NCBI GenBank assembly: GCA_965198115.1
Contig: OZ240241.1
Location: 1,088,001-1,152,000 of the forward strand
Direction: 5' to 3'
DNA length: 64,000 bases
Origin: Candidatus Latescibacterota bacterium
GTDB lineage: Bacteria; Latescibacterota; UBA2968
Shown here: positions 21,001-30,696 of the stretch, piece after piece
Numbering within the stretch: the stretch's first letter is position 1
Layout: every line of letters begins with the position of its first letter
Translations under genes and position numbers: made by a program
The notes under the pieces: generated by a model
Seen by the model: the letters and a program-made list of their open reading frames with translations, nothing else
Databases searched by the model: none
What the model was told of the DNA's origin: nothing

Positions 21001-21874
21001 CGCTTCGTTCCGAAAGCACACATTTGGGCGTGAGCGTCGCAGCCGTCACGCTCCCGATTCCCAACAACGCTCCCCTTTCGCTTCTTACCCTGATCGGGCC
21101 GTCCACATCCTCCAACTCAGCACCCGTCGAAACCGCCGTGCCTTTCGTGAACCGATCGGCGAGGCGGTCGGGCAAAGCGACTTCCGGCAAGTCGGCCAAC
21201 GCCTCGTTCGGGTCCATCAGTGTTCGCTCGATGTCGTCGAGTTCATCGATCGACCGACACTGGGCGATCGTAATCGGCCCGCTCGCCGTCCTTCGCAACG
21301 AAGCGATGTGGGCGCCGCACCCGAGCGTCTGCCCGATATCGTCGGCGAGTACACGAACGTAGGTACCCTTCGAACACGCCACGTGAAGGTCGAGATACGG
21401 CGGCTCATAGCCCTCTGCACGGAGGATCTCTACGTGGACGTCGATCGGTGCCCGTTCCACGACCTTGCCGGCGCGAGCCAGACGATGCAGCCGCTTGCCA
21501 CCGATTTTTTTTGCCGAAAACATCGGCGGAGTCTGCTGAATCGCACCACGAAACGATTCGAGTGTCGGCGTGATCTCGTCGATCGCGAGGGGAATGTCAT
21601 CGATCCGGGAAAGGACCTCACCCTCGGCATCCATCGTGTTCGTTCTCACACCCAAACACACACGGGCCCGGTAGTACTTGGCGTGTGCCGTCAGGTAGGG
21701 GCTCAGACGCGTGGCCTGGCCCACACACAGCACCAGAACGCCTGTGGCCAAAGGGTCGAGTGTGCCTGCGTGACCCACTTTCCGGGTGCCCAGGTTCTTC
21801 CGAACACGATCGACGGCATCGTGCGACGTCCACCCCTCGGGTTTGTCGAGCGGAAGAATCCCCCACGTGTTCAC
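20981..21874 (-). CDS. truB: tRNA pseudouridine(55) synthase
   Basis: KVGHAGTLDPLATGVL, PPMFSAKK, CSKGTYVR. Confidence 0.97.
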   Translation of the reverse strand: MNTWGILPLDKPEGWTSHDAVDRVRKNLGTRKVGHAGTLDPLATGVLVLCVGQATRLSPYLTAHAKYYRARVCLGVRTNTMDAEGEVLSRIDDIPLAIDEITPTLESFRGAIQQTPPMFSAKKIGGKRLHRLARAGKVVERAPIDVHVEILRAEGYEPPYLDLHVACSKGTYVRVLADDIGQTLGCGAHIASLRRTASGPITIAQCRSIDELDDIERTLMDPNEALADLPEVALPDRLADRFTKGTAVSTGAELEDVDGPIRVRSERGALLGIGSVTAATLTPKCVLSERSDAPRHA

Positions 21875-22224
21875 GCGTTTTCCGATGACCTCAGGTCTTC
21901 GAGGATTCGATCGATTCTGGCGCCACGTTCCATTGTGTCGTCGTAGGAAAAGATCAGTTCGGGTGTGTGTCGCAGGCGAACGCGCGCGGAAAGTTCTCGC
22001 CTCAGGAAGGAGGTGGCTCGCCTCAGCGCATCGAGCGTTTCCTGTTGTTCGGACGAGGCTCCCATCACACTCACGAAGACGGTCGCGACCTTCAGGTCCT
22101 TGGAGACCCGGACACCCGTCACCGTCACGAATCCCAGGTGGGGATCACGGATCCTCAGCCTGATGATCTCGCTCAAGGTTTCCTGAATCGACTTGCCGAC
22201 GCTTTCGGGTCGCCACTGTGCCAC
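21871..22224 (-). CDS. rbfA: Ribosome-binding factor A
   Basis: IRDPHLGFVTVTGV..DLKVA..LRHTPELIF; synteny. Confidence 0.95.
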   Translation of the reverse strand: MAQWRPESVGKSIQETLSEIIRLRIRDPHLGFVTVTGVRVSKDLKVATVFVSVMGASSEQQETLDALRRATSFLRRELSARVRLRHTPELIFSYDDTMERGARIDRILEDLRSSENA

Positions 22225-22506
22225 TTAGATCATCTCGAACGAAAAATCGATGAGCTGAGCCCGGTGTTCCATCTCGACGAGCTCGACGACCTTGTTGAGC
22301 ACCTGATTGGCAAAGACAGAATCGGCTGACACGATCGCCACGCCGACGATGGCCTTCTGCCAGAGGTCGTGGGCATCCAACTCGGACACCGAGACATTGA
22401 ATTTTTGACGGATGCGTACGGTCAGGCTCTTCAGGACGCTACGCTTTTGCTTGAGTGACCCGGCTTCGGGCAGATGAAGAACCAGTCGACAAAACCCGAT
22501 CGTCAC
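22225..22506 (-). CDS. DUF503 (YlxP) family protein
   Basis: SLKQKRSVLKSL..KFNVSVSE..DLWQKA; lies between infB and rbfA. Confidence 0.9.
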   Translation of the reverse strand: MTIGFCRLVLHLPEAGSLKQKRSVLKSLTVRIRQKFNVSVSELDAHDLWQKAIVGVAIVSADSVFANQVLNKVVELVEMEHRAQLIDFSFEMI

Positions 22507-24863
22507 GACTCCAGTGTCCGACTGATTTCAACGACTTCGTAGGCTTCGATCACGTCCCCGACCTTGATGTCGTTGAAGTTCTCGATCCCCACCCCGCATT
22601 CGAACCCTGCCTGGACCTCGCGAACATCGTCTTTGAATCGACGCAGGGAGCCGACGCGTCCATCGTAGATCACAACACCGTCGCGCAGGAGCCTGACCTG
22701 GCTGCTGCGCTCGATCTGGCCTTCGGACACGAACGAGCCCGCGATCGTGCCGGCACGGGGGACGCTGAAGATCTCGCGCACCTCGACCGTAGCGACCACC
22801 TTCTCATCCAGCGTCGGCCGCAAGAGACCAGAGAGAGCGGCTTTGACATCCTCGACGGCCTCGTAAATCACGCGATAGGGTCGAATGTCCACCTGCTCTC
22901 GCTCTGCCACGGCTCGAGATCTCGCATCGGGGCGCACGTTGAAACCGATGATGATCGCATCGGAGGCCGTCGCAAGCAGAACATCCGATTCGGTAATGGC
23001 TCCCACCGCCCGATGGATGACGTTGATCTGCACCTCTTCGTGTGATATCTGGAGCAACGCATCTTGGAGCGCTTCGACCGAACCGTCCACGTCCCCCTTG
23101 AGGACCAGGCGCAGTTCCTGCATCTCGCCCGCCTGAATCTGGTCGTGAATGTCCGTCAGACTGACGCGACGAACATTTCGGAAATCCTGTTCTCGCCGAA
23201 GCTGTTGGCGCTTCTGGCTGATTTCGCGGGCCTCGCGTTCGTTTTCAAGAACGTTGAACTGATCGCCTGCCTGCGGAAGACCGTCAAGACCCAAGACCTG
23301 GATGGGCACGGATGGGCCGGCTTCTTCCACGTTGTTGCCGCGTTCGTCGAGCATGGCCCGAACACGACCGTTGTAAAGACCACTGACGAAGGGGTCGCCC
23401 ACCTTCAGTGTACCCTGTTGCACGAGGACGGTGGCGACGTTCCCACGACCCCGGTCCAGCCGGGCCTCGACGATTGTGCCTTTTGCACGACGGTCGGGAT
23501 TGGCCTTCAGTTCGAGGATTTCTGTTTCCAAAGCCAGCCGATCGAGAAGCCCGTCAACGTTCTGTCCCGTGACGGCCGAGATCTCGACCGACTGAACTTG
23601 GCCGCCGAAATCTTCGACCAGGACACCGTTTTCGGACAGCTCTCTTTTGATCTTGTCGGGAATCGCCGTCGGGAGATCAACTTTGTTGATGGCGACGAGC
23701 ATCGGTACTTCCGCCGCCTTCGCGTGATCGATCGCCTCGATCGTCTGCGGCATGACGCTGTCGTCGGCGGCCACGATGAGCACGACGACATCGGTCACTT
23801 GAGCCCCACGGGCGCGCATGGCGGTGAAGGCCTCGTGACCCGGTGTGTCGAGGAACGTGACCATCCGTCCGTCGGGCAACTCGACGTGGTAGGCCCCGAT
23901 GTGCTGCGTGATTCCGCCGGCCTCGCCGGCGACCACGTTAGTGCTTCGGACGTAGTCCAGAAGGGACGTCTTGCCGTGGTCCACGTGACCCATGATGGTC
24001 ACGACGGGTGGACGCGGTTTCAGATCCTCTTCGGCCTCTTCTTCGACCTCTTCGACGATGTCTTCGGCAAACTCCTCGAGTTTTTCGACTTCGAATCCGA
24101 ACTCGTCGGCCACGAGCTCGATCGTATCCATGTCGAGCCGTTGATTGATCGTGACCATCACACCCATCTGCAGACACTTCGTGATTACTTCGGTCGGGCG
24201 CACATCCATCAGTTCGGACAGTTCGCCGACCGTCGTGAATTCGTTGACCTTCAACAGCCCGGCATCGAGTTCCTCGTCACCGCCCTCTTCGTCATCGCGA
24301 CGTCGTCGTCTGCGACGGGGGGTCGTGGTCGTCATTTGCGCCATCGTTCGACGCACACTCTCGGCGACTTCGCGTTGATCGACAGCCGGACGCCCGCGAC
24401 GTCGCCGCCTGCGCTTGCCCTCCTTGTCGAGGTCGGGCGGTGGCTGATTGGCGCCGGGTTCGGTTTTGGGTGGATGAGCCGATCGTGAGCCGCCCTTCCG
24501 GCCCCTTGGTTTGTCCTTCGGAATCTCGACGACCTCGATGTCCGGAGGCTCGGCCACCGCCTTCGCTTTGGCCTTTTTGGACTTTTTGGCAGGAGCTTCT
24601 GCCTCGGCACGCTGGCGGGCCTGGTCGGACTTCCGCTGCATTTCCTCCCGGGCGGCGCTGCGTTCTTCCTCGAATTTCGTCTGGACCTTCGCGACCATCT
24701 CGTCGGTACAGACAGCCATGTGATTCTTGACGTCGAACCCCAGGCCCTTGATGACGTCGACCATCGCCACGCTGGAGAGGTTGAACTCTCGTGCCACTTC
24801 GTAGATGCGCTTCTTCTTGGGCTTGGCTGCGGCCTTCTTTGCCTTCTTGGTCTGGTTTGCCAA
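22503..24863 (-). CDS. infB: Translation initiation factor IF-2 (TTG 24863 follows AGGAGG; the track start 24875 overlaps the RBS)
   Basis: [31 protein letters not shown]. Confidence 0.98.
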   Translation of the reverse strand: MANQTKKAKKAAAKPKKKRIYEVAREFNLSSVAMVDVIKGLGFDVKNHMAVCTDEMVAKVQTKFEEERSAAREEMQRKSDQARQRAEAEAPAKKSKKAKAKAVAEPPDIEVVEIPKDKPRGRKGGSRSAHPPKTEPGANQPPPDLDKEGKRRRRRRGRPAVDQREVAESVRRTMAQMTTTTPRRRRRRRDDEEGGDEELDAGLLKVNEFTTVGELSELMDVRPTEVITKCLQMGVMVTINQRLDMDTIELVADEFGFEVEKLEEFAEDIVEEVEEEAEEDLKPRPPVVTIMGHVDHGKTSLLDYVRSTNVVAGEAGGITQHIGAYHVELPDGRMVTFLDTPGHEAFTAMRARGAQVTDVVVLIVAADDSVMPQTIEAIDHAKAAEVPMLVAINKVDLPTAIPDKIKRELSENGVLVEDFGGQVQSVEISAVTGQNVDGLLDRLALETEILELKANPDRRAKGTIVEARLDRGRGNVATVLVQQGTLKVGDPFVSGLYNGRVRAMLDERGNNVEEAGPSVPIQVLGLDGLPQAGDQFNVLENEREAREISQKRQQLRREQDFRNVRRVSLTDIHDQIQAGEMQELRLVLKGDVDGSVEALQDALLQISHEEVQINVIHRAVGAITESDVLLATASDAIIIGFNVRPDARSRAVAEREQVDIRPYRVIYEAVEDVKAALSGLLRPTLDEKVVATVEVREIFSVPRAGTIAGSFVSEGQIERSSQVRLLRDGVVIYDGRVGSLRRFKDDVREVQAGFECGVGIENFNDIKVGDVIEAYEVVEISRTLES

Positions 24864-24912
24864 GGTCCGGATCACCTCCTCGTCATTTCGCCGGCACGCT
24901 CACCGGCTACAG

Positions 24913-26637
24913 TCATTCGTCGTCGACCTGTTGAACGGGTTCGGAAGCATCCTGCCCATCCTCGACGGAACTCGTCGACGGTTCTGCCGCTGTATCCTCG
25001 AGTTCGCTCTGGGTCGGTTCGTCCTGGGGACCATCCGACTCCTCCATAACGGGTGCTTCCGCTTCGACTGGTATTGCCGCCGGCTCCGGCTGTTCGGAGT
25101 CGGCAGAATCGGGAGCATCTTCATCCGACGCCGCAATCTCCGATGCGGCCACTTCCTCCTGGGTCTCTTCCCCATCTGCCACCACAGCGTCGGCCTGCGC
25201 TCCCTCTTCGGTTTCTACCGCTTCTTCGGGAGCCTCGGCAGCCTCTGCTTCGGCGGCCGCAGCTGCAGCGGCTGCCTCTTCTTCCGCACGCTTGGCTGCT
25301 TCGGCCGCTTCTTTGGCTTCCGCTTCGGCCCTTGCGACCTCTTCGGCCTCTTGTTTGATGCGCATCTCTTCCCGATAGGCCCCTACTTTGGCATCGACAA
25401 GGACGTGAGAGGCTTCCTGAATCTTGCTTGCGGTCGCCTCTCCCAGACCGGGAACGGTCGTCAGACGATCGAGCGGCACTTCGATCAGGTCGTTGGCCGT
25501 CTGCACCCCGTATTCCTGAAGTCTGTCGCGCATGACCTTGCCGATACCGTCGACGTCGGCAAGATGCACGACGGTCGCTTCCTTCTCGGCCTGGATTTCG
25601 GCGTGTCGCGTTTCCGTCAGGATGTCGACCTTCCAGCCCGTCAGTTGCGAAGCAAGCCGCGCGTTCTGTCCCGACTTTCCGATGGCCAACGACAGTTGGT
25701 CATCGTCGACGATGGCCGCCATCTGCTTGTTGCGACGGTCGACGACGACCCGCTTGATCTGTGCAGGGCTAAGGGCCCGAGACAAGAAAATGGCCTCGTC
25801 GTCGGTCCAGGGGACGATGTCGATACGTTCGTTGCTCAGCTCACGCACAACGGCCTGAACGCGAGACCCCTTCATTCCCACGCAGGCCCCGACCGGGTCG
25901 ATGCGTGGATCGTTCGAGTGAACGGCGATCTTCGCGCGTTCGCCCGGTTCGCGCGCGACGGCCTTGATCTCGATTACGCCTTCGTAGATTTCGGGCACCT
26001 CGACCTGGAACAGCTTGACCAGCAGGTTGGGATGGGTGCGCGAGAGCACGACTTGAGGTCCTTTGGAAGTGCGGAGCACGTTCACGAGAATCGCACGAAT
26101 CGGGTCCCCCTGGCGGTATCGCTCCTTCCGAATCTGCTCCTTGAGAGGAACGATGGCCTCCGTTCGCCCCATGTTCACGAGGACATCGCCCCGACTGATC
26201 TGCTGAACGGTTCCAGAGATGATTTCGCCGACACGACCCTGGTAGTCTTCGAAGATACGTTCGCGTTCGGCCTCTCTCACACGCTGTACCAGGATTTGCT
26301 TGGCGGTCTGAATGGCGTTCCTGCCAAAGTCCGCGAACGGCAGCTCTTCCTTGACTTTACCTCCGGATTGGGCATCCGGGTCGATCTCCTGAGCGTAGCT
26401 CAGCTCGATCTCCAGGCCGGAATCCTCCAGTTTGCCGTCGGCGACAACATCCTTTTCTGCCAGCACTCGGATGGTTCCGGAGGCCTGGTCGATCACGACC
26501 TCGACGTTGTCACCCGTGTTGAAGCGCTTCTTCGCCGCCGAGATGAGCCCGATTTCGAGCGTTTCGATGACAAGGTCACGACTGACGTTCTTTTCTTGAG
26601 CAATCTGGCGGAGCGCTTCGATGATTTCGTAGTTCAC
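24913..26637 (-). CDS. nusA: Transcription factor NusA with HhH repeats and a long acidic Ala/Glu tail
   Basis: FGRNAIQTAKQ, AREPGERAK, DPVGACVG, AIGKSGQNARLA. Confidence 0.97.
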   Translation of the reverse strand: MNYEIIEALRQIAQEKNVSRDLVIETLEIGLISAAKKRFNTGDNVEVVIDQASGTIRVLAEKDVVADGKLEDSGLEIELSYAQEIDPDAQSGGKVKEELPFADFGRNAIQTAKQILVQRVREAERERIFEDYQGRVGEIISGTVQQISRGDVLVNMGRTEAIVPLKEQIRKERYRQGDPIRAILVNVLRTSKGPQVVLSRTHPNLLVKLFQVEVPEIYEGVIEIKAVAREPGERAKIAVHSNDPRIDPVGACVGMKGSRVQAVVRELSNERIDIVPWTDDEAIFLSRALSPAQIKRVVVDRRNKQMAAIVDDDQLSLAIGKSGQNARLASQLTGWKVDILTETRHAEIQAEKEATVVHLADVDGIGKVMRDRLQEYGVQTANDLIEVPLDRLTTVPGLGEATASKIQEASHVLVDAKVGAYREEMRIKQEAEEVARAEAEAKEAAEAAKRAEEEAAAAAAAAEAEAAEAPEEAVETEEGAQADAVVADGEETQEEVAASEIAASDEDAPDSADSEQPEPAAIPVEAEAPVMEESDGPQDEPTQSELEDTAAEPSTSSVEDGQDASEPVQQVDDE

Positions 26638-26654
26638 TTCGCCTCCCTTGAGTC

Positions 26655-27146
26655 TCAGAACTCGAAGTGTAGATTGGCCTTGGCCACGTCATCCAGCGAA
26701 AGCGCGACGGCTTCGCCTTCGACATCTACGATCAGTCCCGACCCGACAGCCTCTCCAAGCGCGCCGACGAGAACAGAACCATTTTTGCAGACGATCTTTA
26801 TGTGCTTTCCCGCCGCCCGTTGAAAGTCGCGGGGAGTTCTGAGCGGCCGCGTCAAGCCTGGGGAGGAGACTTCGAGTGTGTAGGACCCCCGGATCGGATC
26901 GTGGGTGTCCAATACGTCGGCCAACGACCGGCTAAGACCCGCGCATTCACCGATTGAAATGCCTTCGGGTCGATCGACGAACACCCTGAGCATGCGGCGT
27001 CGATCATTCCCCGTCAGGGCCATCTCAACCAACTCGATGCCCTGCGCGTCGAGGATTGGCTCGATTAGATGTTCGACCTTTTGGGCCAGATCAAAGGAGC
27101 CCGTTTCTTCCAAAGCACGCCAGTCTTTTTCCCAGCCCATATTCAA
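26655..27146 (-). CDS. rimP: Ribosome maturation factor RimP (true start probably further downstream)
   Basis: YTLEVSSPGLTRPL; first gene of the nusA-infB operon. Confidence 0.93.
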   Translation of the reverse strand: MNMGWEKDWRALEETGSFDLAQKVEHLIEPILDAQGIELVEMALTGNDRRRMLRVFVDRPEGISIGECAGLSRSLADVLDTHDPIRGSYTLEVSSPGLTRPLRTPRDFQRAAGKHIKIVCKNGSVLVGALGEAVGSGLIVDVEGEAVALSLDDVAKANLHFEF

Positions 27147-27169
27147 AAGAGTGGGCGGTTGCCCACTCT
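27144..27169 (-). promoter_or_regulatory. rimP leader hairpin (terminator-like attenuator)
   Basis: AGAGTGGGC-AACC-GCCCACTCT-TTT directly upstream of rimP, matching the conserved GAGUGGG..CCCACUC rimP leader. Confidence 0.7.
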
Positions 27170-27184
27170 CGTTTCAGACGGGTA

Positions 27185-27213
27185 AATATAAGAGAATGCT
27201 GAGTATTACGCAA
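27185..27213 (-). promoter_or_regulatory. sigma70-type promoter of the rimP-nusA-infB operon
   Basis: TTGCGT-N17-TATATT. Confidence 0.65.
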
Positions 27214-27215
27214 CT

Positions 27216-27608
27216 TCATTCCGGTTCGCGAACGTCCTCTCCGCTAACGAGTGCCTTAAGCTCGACCAGTGATTCGCGCAGTTCTGCTAATACTTTTACG
27301 TCGGGTGGAGCGAACGGGATTTCACCCTGCGGACCCTCGGCCCCGGAACTGGCCTCCCTCGGTAGTTTGAGCCGTTCACTCGCCCCCTGGATCGTGTACT
27401 TCTGGTCCCAGAGCAGTTGACGGATCTCTTTGACAATCTCGATGTCCCGGTCCTTGTAGGTGCGGTTTCCAGACCGGCCTCGCCGAGGTCTGAGCACGGT
27501 AAACTCCTTCTCCCAAAACCTGAGCACGTGGGGCTCCACCCCGGTCAATTCCGTCACTTCGCTGATCGAATAGTAGAGCTTCTTGAGGGGTTGGCGATTC
27601 ACAGACAC
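27216..27608 (-). CDS. MerR-family HTH regulator
   Basis: YYSISEV..VEPHVLRFWEKEF..PRRGRSGNRTY. Confidence 0.9.
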   Translation of the reverse strand: MSVNRQPLKKLYYSISEVTELTGVEPHVLRFWEKEFTVLRPRRGRSGNRTYKDRDIEIVKEIRQLLWDQKYTIQGASERLKLPREASSGAEGPQGEIPFAPPDVKVLAELRESLVELKALVSGEDVREPE

Positions 27609-27609
27609 C

Positions 27610-28929
27610 TCATTTCTTCTTGAAGATCAGTCTCACCGGTGTGCCTGTCAGGTCAAAGTTCTCTCGAAGCCGGTTGACGAGGAACCGACGATAGTGCTCG
27701 GGGATGTCCTGGGGACGTGCTGTAAAGAAAAGCAGGGTCGGGGGTTCTGACCGGGCTTGCACACCGTAAGTCACCCGAAACGGCCTCCCCTTCTTCGTCG
27801 GAGGTGAAGTCGTCTCGTTGAGAAGTTCGATGAACCGGTTGATCCGGGGCGTTGGGATACGCGCGCGGCGTCGATCGTAGACCTCGAGGGCGGTATCGAT
27901 CACCCGCCAGGCTCGCTGCCCTGTCAGGGCTGATGTGAATAGGATAGGATAGGGCTCTATCGACGGGAACCGCGCCACGATGTCACGTCGCGTCTGCTCC
28001 GCGGTCATTGTGTCCTTCTCGATCAGATCCCACTTGTTGTAGCAGAGGACCACGCCCTTCCCGAGTGTCTCCGCGCTCTCGGCAATCTTGATGTCCTGGA
28101 TCGTCACGCCCTCTTCTCCATCCACGAGGAGAATCGCCACATCGCAACGCTCCAGGCTGCGAGTCGTGCGCAAGCCGCTGTAGTACTCGACCTGTTCCTT
28201 CACCCGTGCCCGCCTCCGGAGGCCGGCGGTGTCGATCAGCTTGAAATTCCGGCCCTTGCGGGTCATGGGCAGATCGATCGCATCACGTGTCGTGCCCGGC
28301 ACGTCGCTGACAACGACGCGTTCCAAACCCTCGAGCGTGTTGACGAACGTCGACTTTCCGACGTTGGGTCTCCCGATCACGGCCAGGCGGGGAAGCTCCT
28401 CAGGCTTGGACAGTGGCTCGGTTCCTTCGGGAAACAGGTCAATCACGCGATCCAGTAAGTCCCCCGCATTGCGCCCGTTCAAGGCCGAAACGCGCCACGG
28501 CTCGCCCATGGCAAGGCCGTAGAACTGAGCGGCATCCGCGTCGTCGCGATCCGAATCGACCTTGTTGGCCACGAGGACTGAAGCTTTACCGCTCTTCAGG
28601 ATCAAACGGGCCATTTCCTGGTCGATGTCCGTGGGGCCGGTCTGGATGTCGACCACCAGGAGAATGACGTCGGCATCCGCGATGGCCATGCCGACCTGGT
28701 CGGCGACCGAGCCGGATAGACCGTCGTCTGTGTCGGGCAGGTATCCCCCGGTGTCGATAAGGGTGAAGACCCGCCTGTTCCAGGCCACCTCGGCATAGTT
28801 TCGATCTCTCGTGACACCTGGCAAATCGTGGACCACAGCCCGCCGCTCACCCAAGAAGCGGTTGAAGAGCGTGGATTTCCCGACGTTTGGCCGCCCGACG
28901 ATGGCAACGGTGTGCTGACGATCAGACAA
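27610..28929 (-). CDS. der: Ribosome biogenesis GTPase Der (likely TTG start at 28929)
   Basis: Tandem GRPNVGKST G-domains, PGVTRDR/PGTTRD, and a C-terminal KH-like domain. Confidence 0.97.
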   Translation of the reverse strand: MSDRQHTVAIVGRPNVGKSTLFNRFLGERRAVVHDLPGVTRDRNYAEVAWNRRVFTLIDTGGYLPDTDDGLSGSVADQVGMAIADADVILLVVDIQTGPTDIDQEMARLILKSGKASVLVANKVDSDRDDADAAQFYGLAMGEPWRVSALNGRNAGDLLDRVIDLFPEGTEPLSKPEELPRLAVIGRPNVGKSTFVNTLEGLERVVVSDVPGTTRDAIDLPMTRKGRNFKLIDTAGLRRRARVKEQVEYYSGLRTTRSLERCDVAILLVDGEEGVTIQDIKIAESAETLGKGVVLCYNKWDLIEKDTMTAEQTRRDIVARFPSIEPYPILFTSALTGQRAWRVIDTALEVYDRRRARIPTPRINRFIELLNETTSPPTKKGRPFRVTYGVQARSEPPTLLFFTARPQDIPEHYRRFLVNRLRENFDLTGTPVRLIFKKK

Positions 28930-30376
28930 GACCGGCTTCCTCGTCGGGAAACTGCCCGGATGCGATGTAAGGATGTCCTCGATCCGGGTCCCGAAAACCC
29001 GCCTCGAAGTGACCCTCAGCGAAATCACTCAGACAGCCTGCAAGGTCGTACGTCCCAACGAGGACTCGTGCGCCAAACCGAGTCTCCAAATCGGACGGTT
29101 GGTGGTCGTCGAGAAACAGACCGTCGTGGTTGATACAGTTGGGAGGCAAGACCACGACCTCACCTGGATTCGGAGGGGTTGCCTTCATCGCTTCCGCGAT
29201 ATCGTCGCCCGCCAAGAGACCCGACACCGTGATCCGTGGTCCCAGAAATCGATTCTCCACGACGATCGCTCGCGCTTCGACCTGCGGCAGATGATTGAGC
29301 CGCTCGACCATGGGGGGAAGAAATCGACCACCCAGAACACCCGTGACGAGGCAGACGCGTAACGGTGGAATCGACCCTAATCGGTCGAATGCCGCGTCGA
29401 ACGCATCTTGAAACCGCCGCACCATCCCTACACCGTTTTCGACCAGCGGGAACCCGTCGTAGGCTGACCGGCCGGGCAGATCTTCGCCCGCCAGGAGGTA
29501 GAACTCATCGGCCGCATACACGAAATTCGTGCCCAGACGAGGCAACAGGGATATCTGATGCTGCTCGACCTCCGAAAGCACGGTCTGCGCGATCTGAGGG
29601 GTCACCGGGGCCAGATCGGGAAGATTCTGTCGGAAACGCGTAAGCCCCAACGGCACGACCCCGACAGAAGCCACGCCCGGATGGCGCTCGGCGAGGTCGA
29701 AAACGCTCCGCTTGAGCTCGATCCCGTCGTTGATGCCCGGGCAGAGAACGATCTGAGTGTGGGTTTCGATGCCGGCTTCGATCAAACGATCGATCGGTCC
29801 CAAAACGTCGACCGGATCCGGACGACCCAGCAATCGGCCCCTCACACCCGCGTCGGTCGCGTGGACGGACACATACACCGGGGTGAGGCGCTGCTCGATG
29901 ATCCGGTCAAACTCGGCGGCGTCGAGGTTGGTGAGCGTGACATACGCGCCGTGCAGAAAAGAAAGTCGAAAGTCGTCGTCCTGATAGTAGAGCGTCTTCC
30001 GGAGGCCCTTCGGCATCTGGTGAAGAAAACAGAACACGCACTTGTTGTCGCACTTGAGGATGCCCATTTCCTCGAAGTCGACCCCCAGATCGTCTTCGGG
30101 GTCTTTTTCGATGTCGAACACGAGCTTTTCGGCCTCGCGGATGACCTCGAGCGATACGTCCTCATCGGCGAAATGGAATCGAAAGTCGATCGGGTCCCGG
30201 ATGGGCGCACCGTTGATGGCCAGGACTTCGTCGCCGGGTCGCAGGTCGATAGATTCGGCCATACCACCCGAGTGCACAGCCCGGATTCCGAGCCCGGCCT
30301 CGACACGATCGAGGAGAGGCACACCTTCTTTTCGGGGCATCGTGTTGGCTTGCCTATTCAAAACGCCGTATCTCAT
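28922..30376 (-). CDS. DUF512 family PDZ + radical-SAM-like protein
   Basis: N-terminal PDZ (LRPGDEVLAING), CDNKCVFC, DDDFRLSFLHG, ENGVG. Confidence 0.88.
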   Translation of the reverse strand: MRYGVLNRQANTMPRKEGVPLLDRVEAGLGIRAVHSGGMAESIDLRPGDEVLAINGAPIRDPIDFRFHFADEDVSLEVIREAEKLVFDIEKDPEDDLGVDFEEMGILKCDNKCVFCFLHQMPKGLRKTLYYQDDDFRLSFLHGAYVTLTNLDAAEFDRIIEQRLTPVYVSVHATDAGVRGRLLGRPDPVDVLGPIDRLIEAGIETHTQIVLCPGINDGIELKRSVFDLAERHPGVASVGVVPLGLTRFRQNLPDLAPVTPQIAQTVLSEVEQHQISLLPRLGTNFVYAADEFYLLAGEDLPGRSAYDGFPLVENGVGMVRRFQDAFDAAFDRLGSIPPLRVCLVTGVLGGRFLPPMVERLNHLPQVEARAIVVENRFLGPRITVSGLLAGDDIAEAMKATPPNPGEVVVLPPNCINHDGLFLDDHQPSDLETRFGARVLVGTYDLAGCLSDFAEGHFEAGFRDPDRGHPYIASGQFPDEEAGLV

Positions 30377-30494
30377 TGTGGCACAGCATAGTGCCGAAAT
30401 AGATGTATGGATGGCTTCAAAAACTTAGGCCAATAAAAAAACGCGGTCAAGCCCAACAGGGCTTCCGCGTCTCTGCTTATGCCGTGTGGTTAAA

Positions 30495-30540
30495 TGGAGC
30501 GGGAATCGGGACTCGAACCCGCGACATCAAGCTTGGGAAG
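30495..30540 (-). other. 3' half of tRNA-Gly(CCC): att core of an integrated element
   Basis: CTTCCCAAGCTTGATGTCGCGGGTTCGAGTCCCGATTCCCGCTCCA covers the anticodon loop, T-arm and acceptor CCA. No D-arm or 5' strand follows; an integrase is adjacent. Confidence 0.88.
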
Positions 30541-30658
30541 CCGATTCCTGCTTTTCTGTCTGTTTCGGTTTATCTCCGTTTATCGTTGTCTGTCAACCAC
30601 TTATGACAGAAAACCTTTCGGTCTGTTGGTCCTCATTTCTGCCTGATTGACTCCTGTC

Positions 30659-30678
30659 CATTAGACATTCATTAGACA
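30659..30678. repeat. Tandem 9-bp direct repeat, probable integrase arm-type sites
   Basis: CATTAGACA-TT-CATTAGACA between the att core and the integrase stop. Confidence 0.5.
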
Positions 30679-30696
30679 AAATTGAAAAGCAACCGT

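Noticed and set aside
12361-26823. Long + strand ORFs (e.g. 13772-14905, 17235-18893, 23064-24488, 24805-26823)
   Set aside because: Antisense shadows of conserved housekeeping genes in high-GC DNA.
30495-30540. Functional tRNA-Gly gene
   Set aside because: Only the 3' half is present; no D-arm or 5' acceptor strand.
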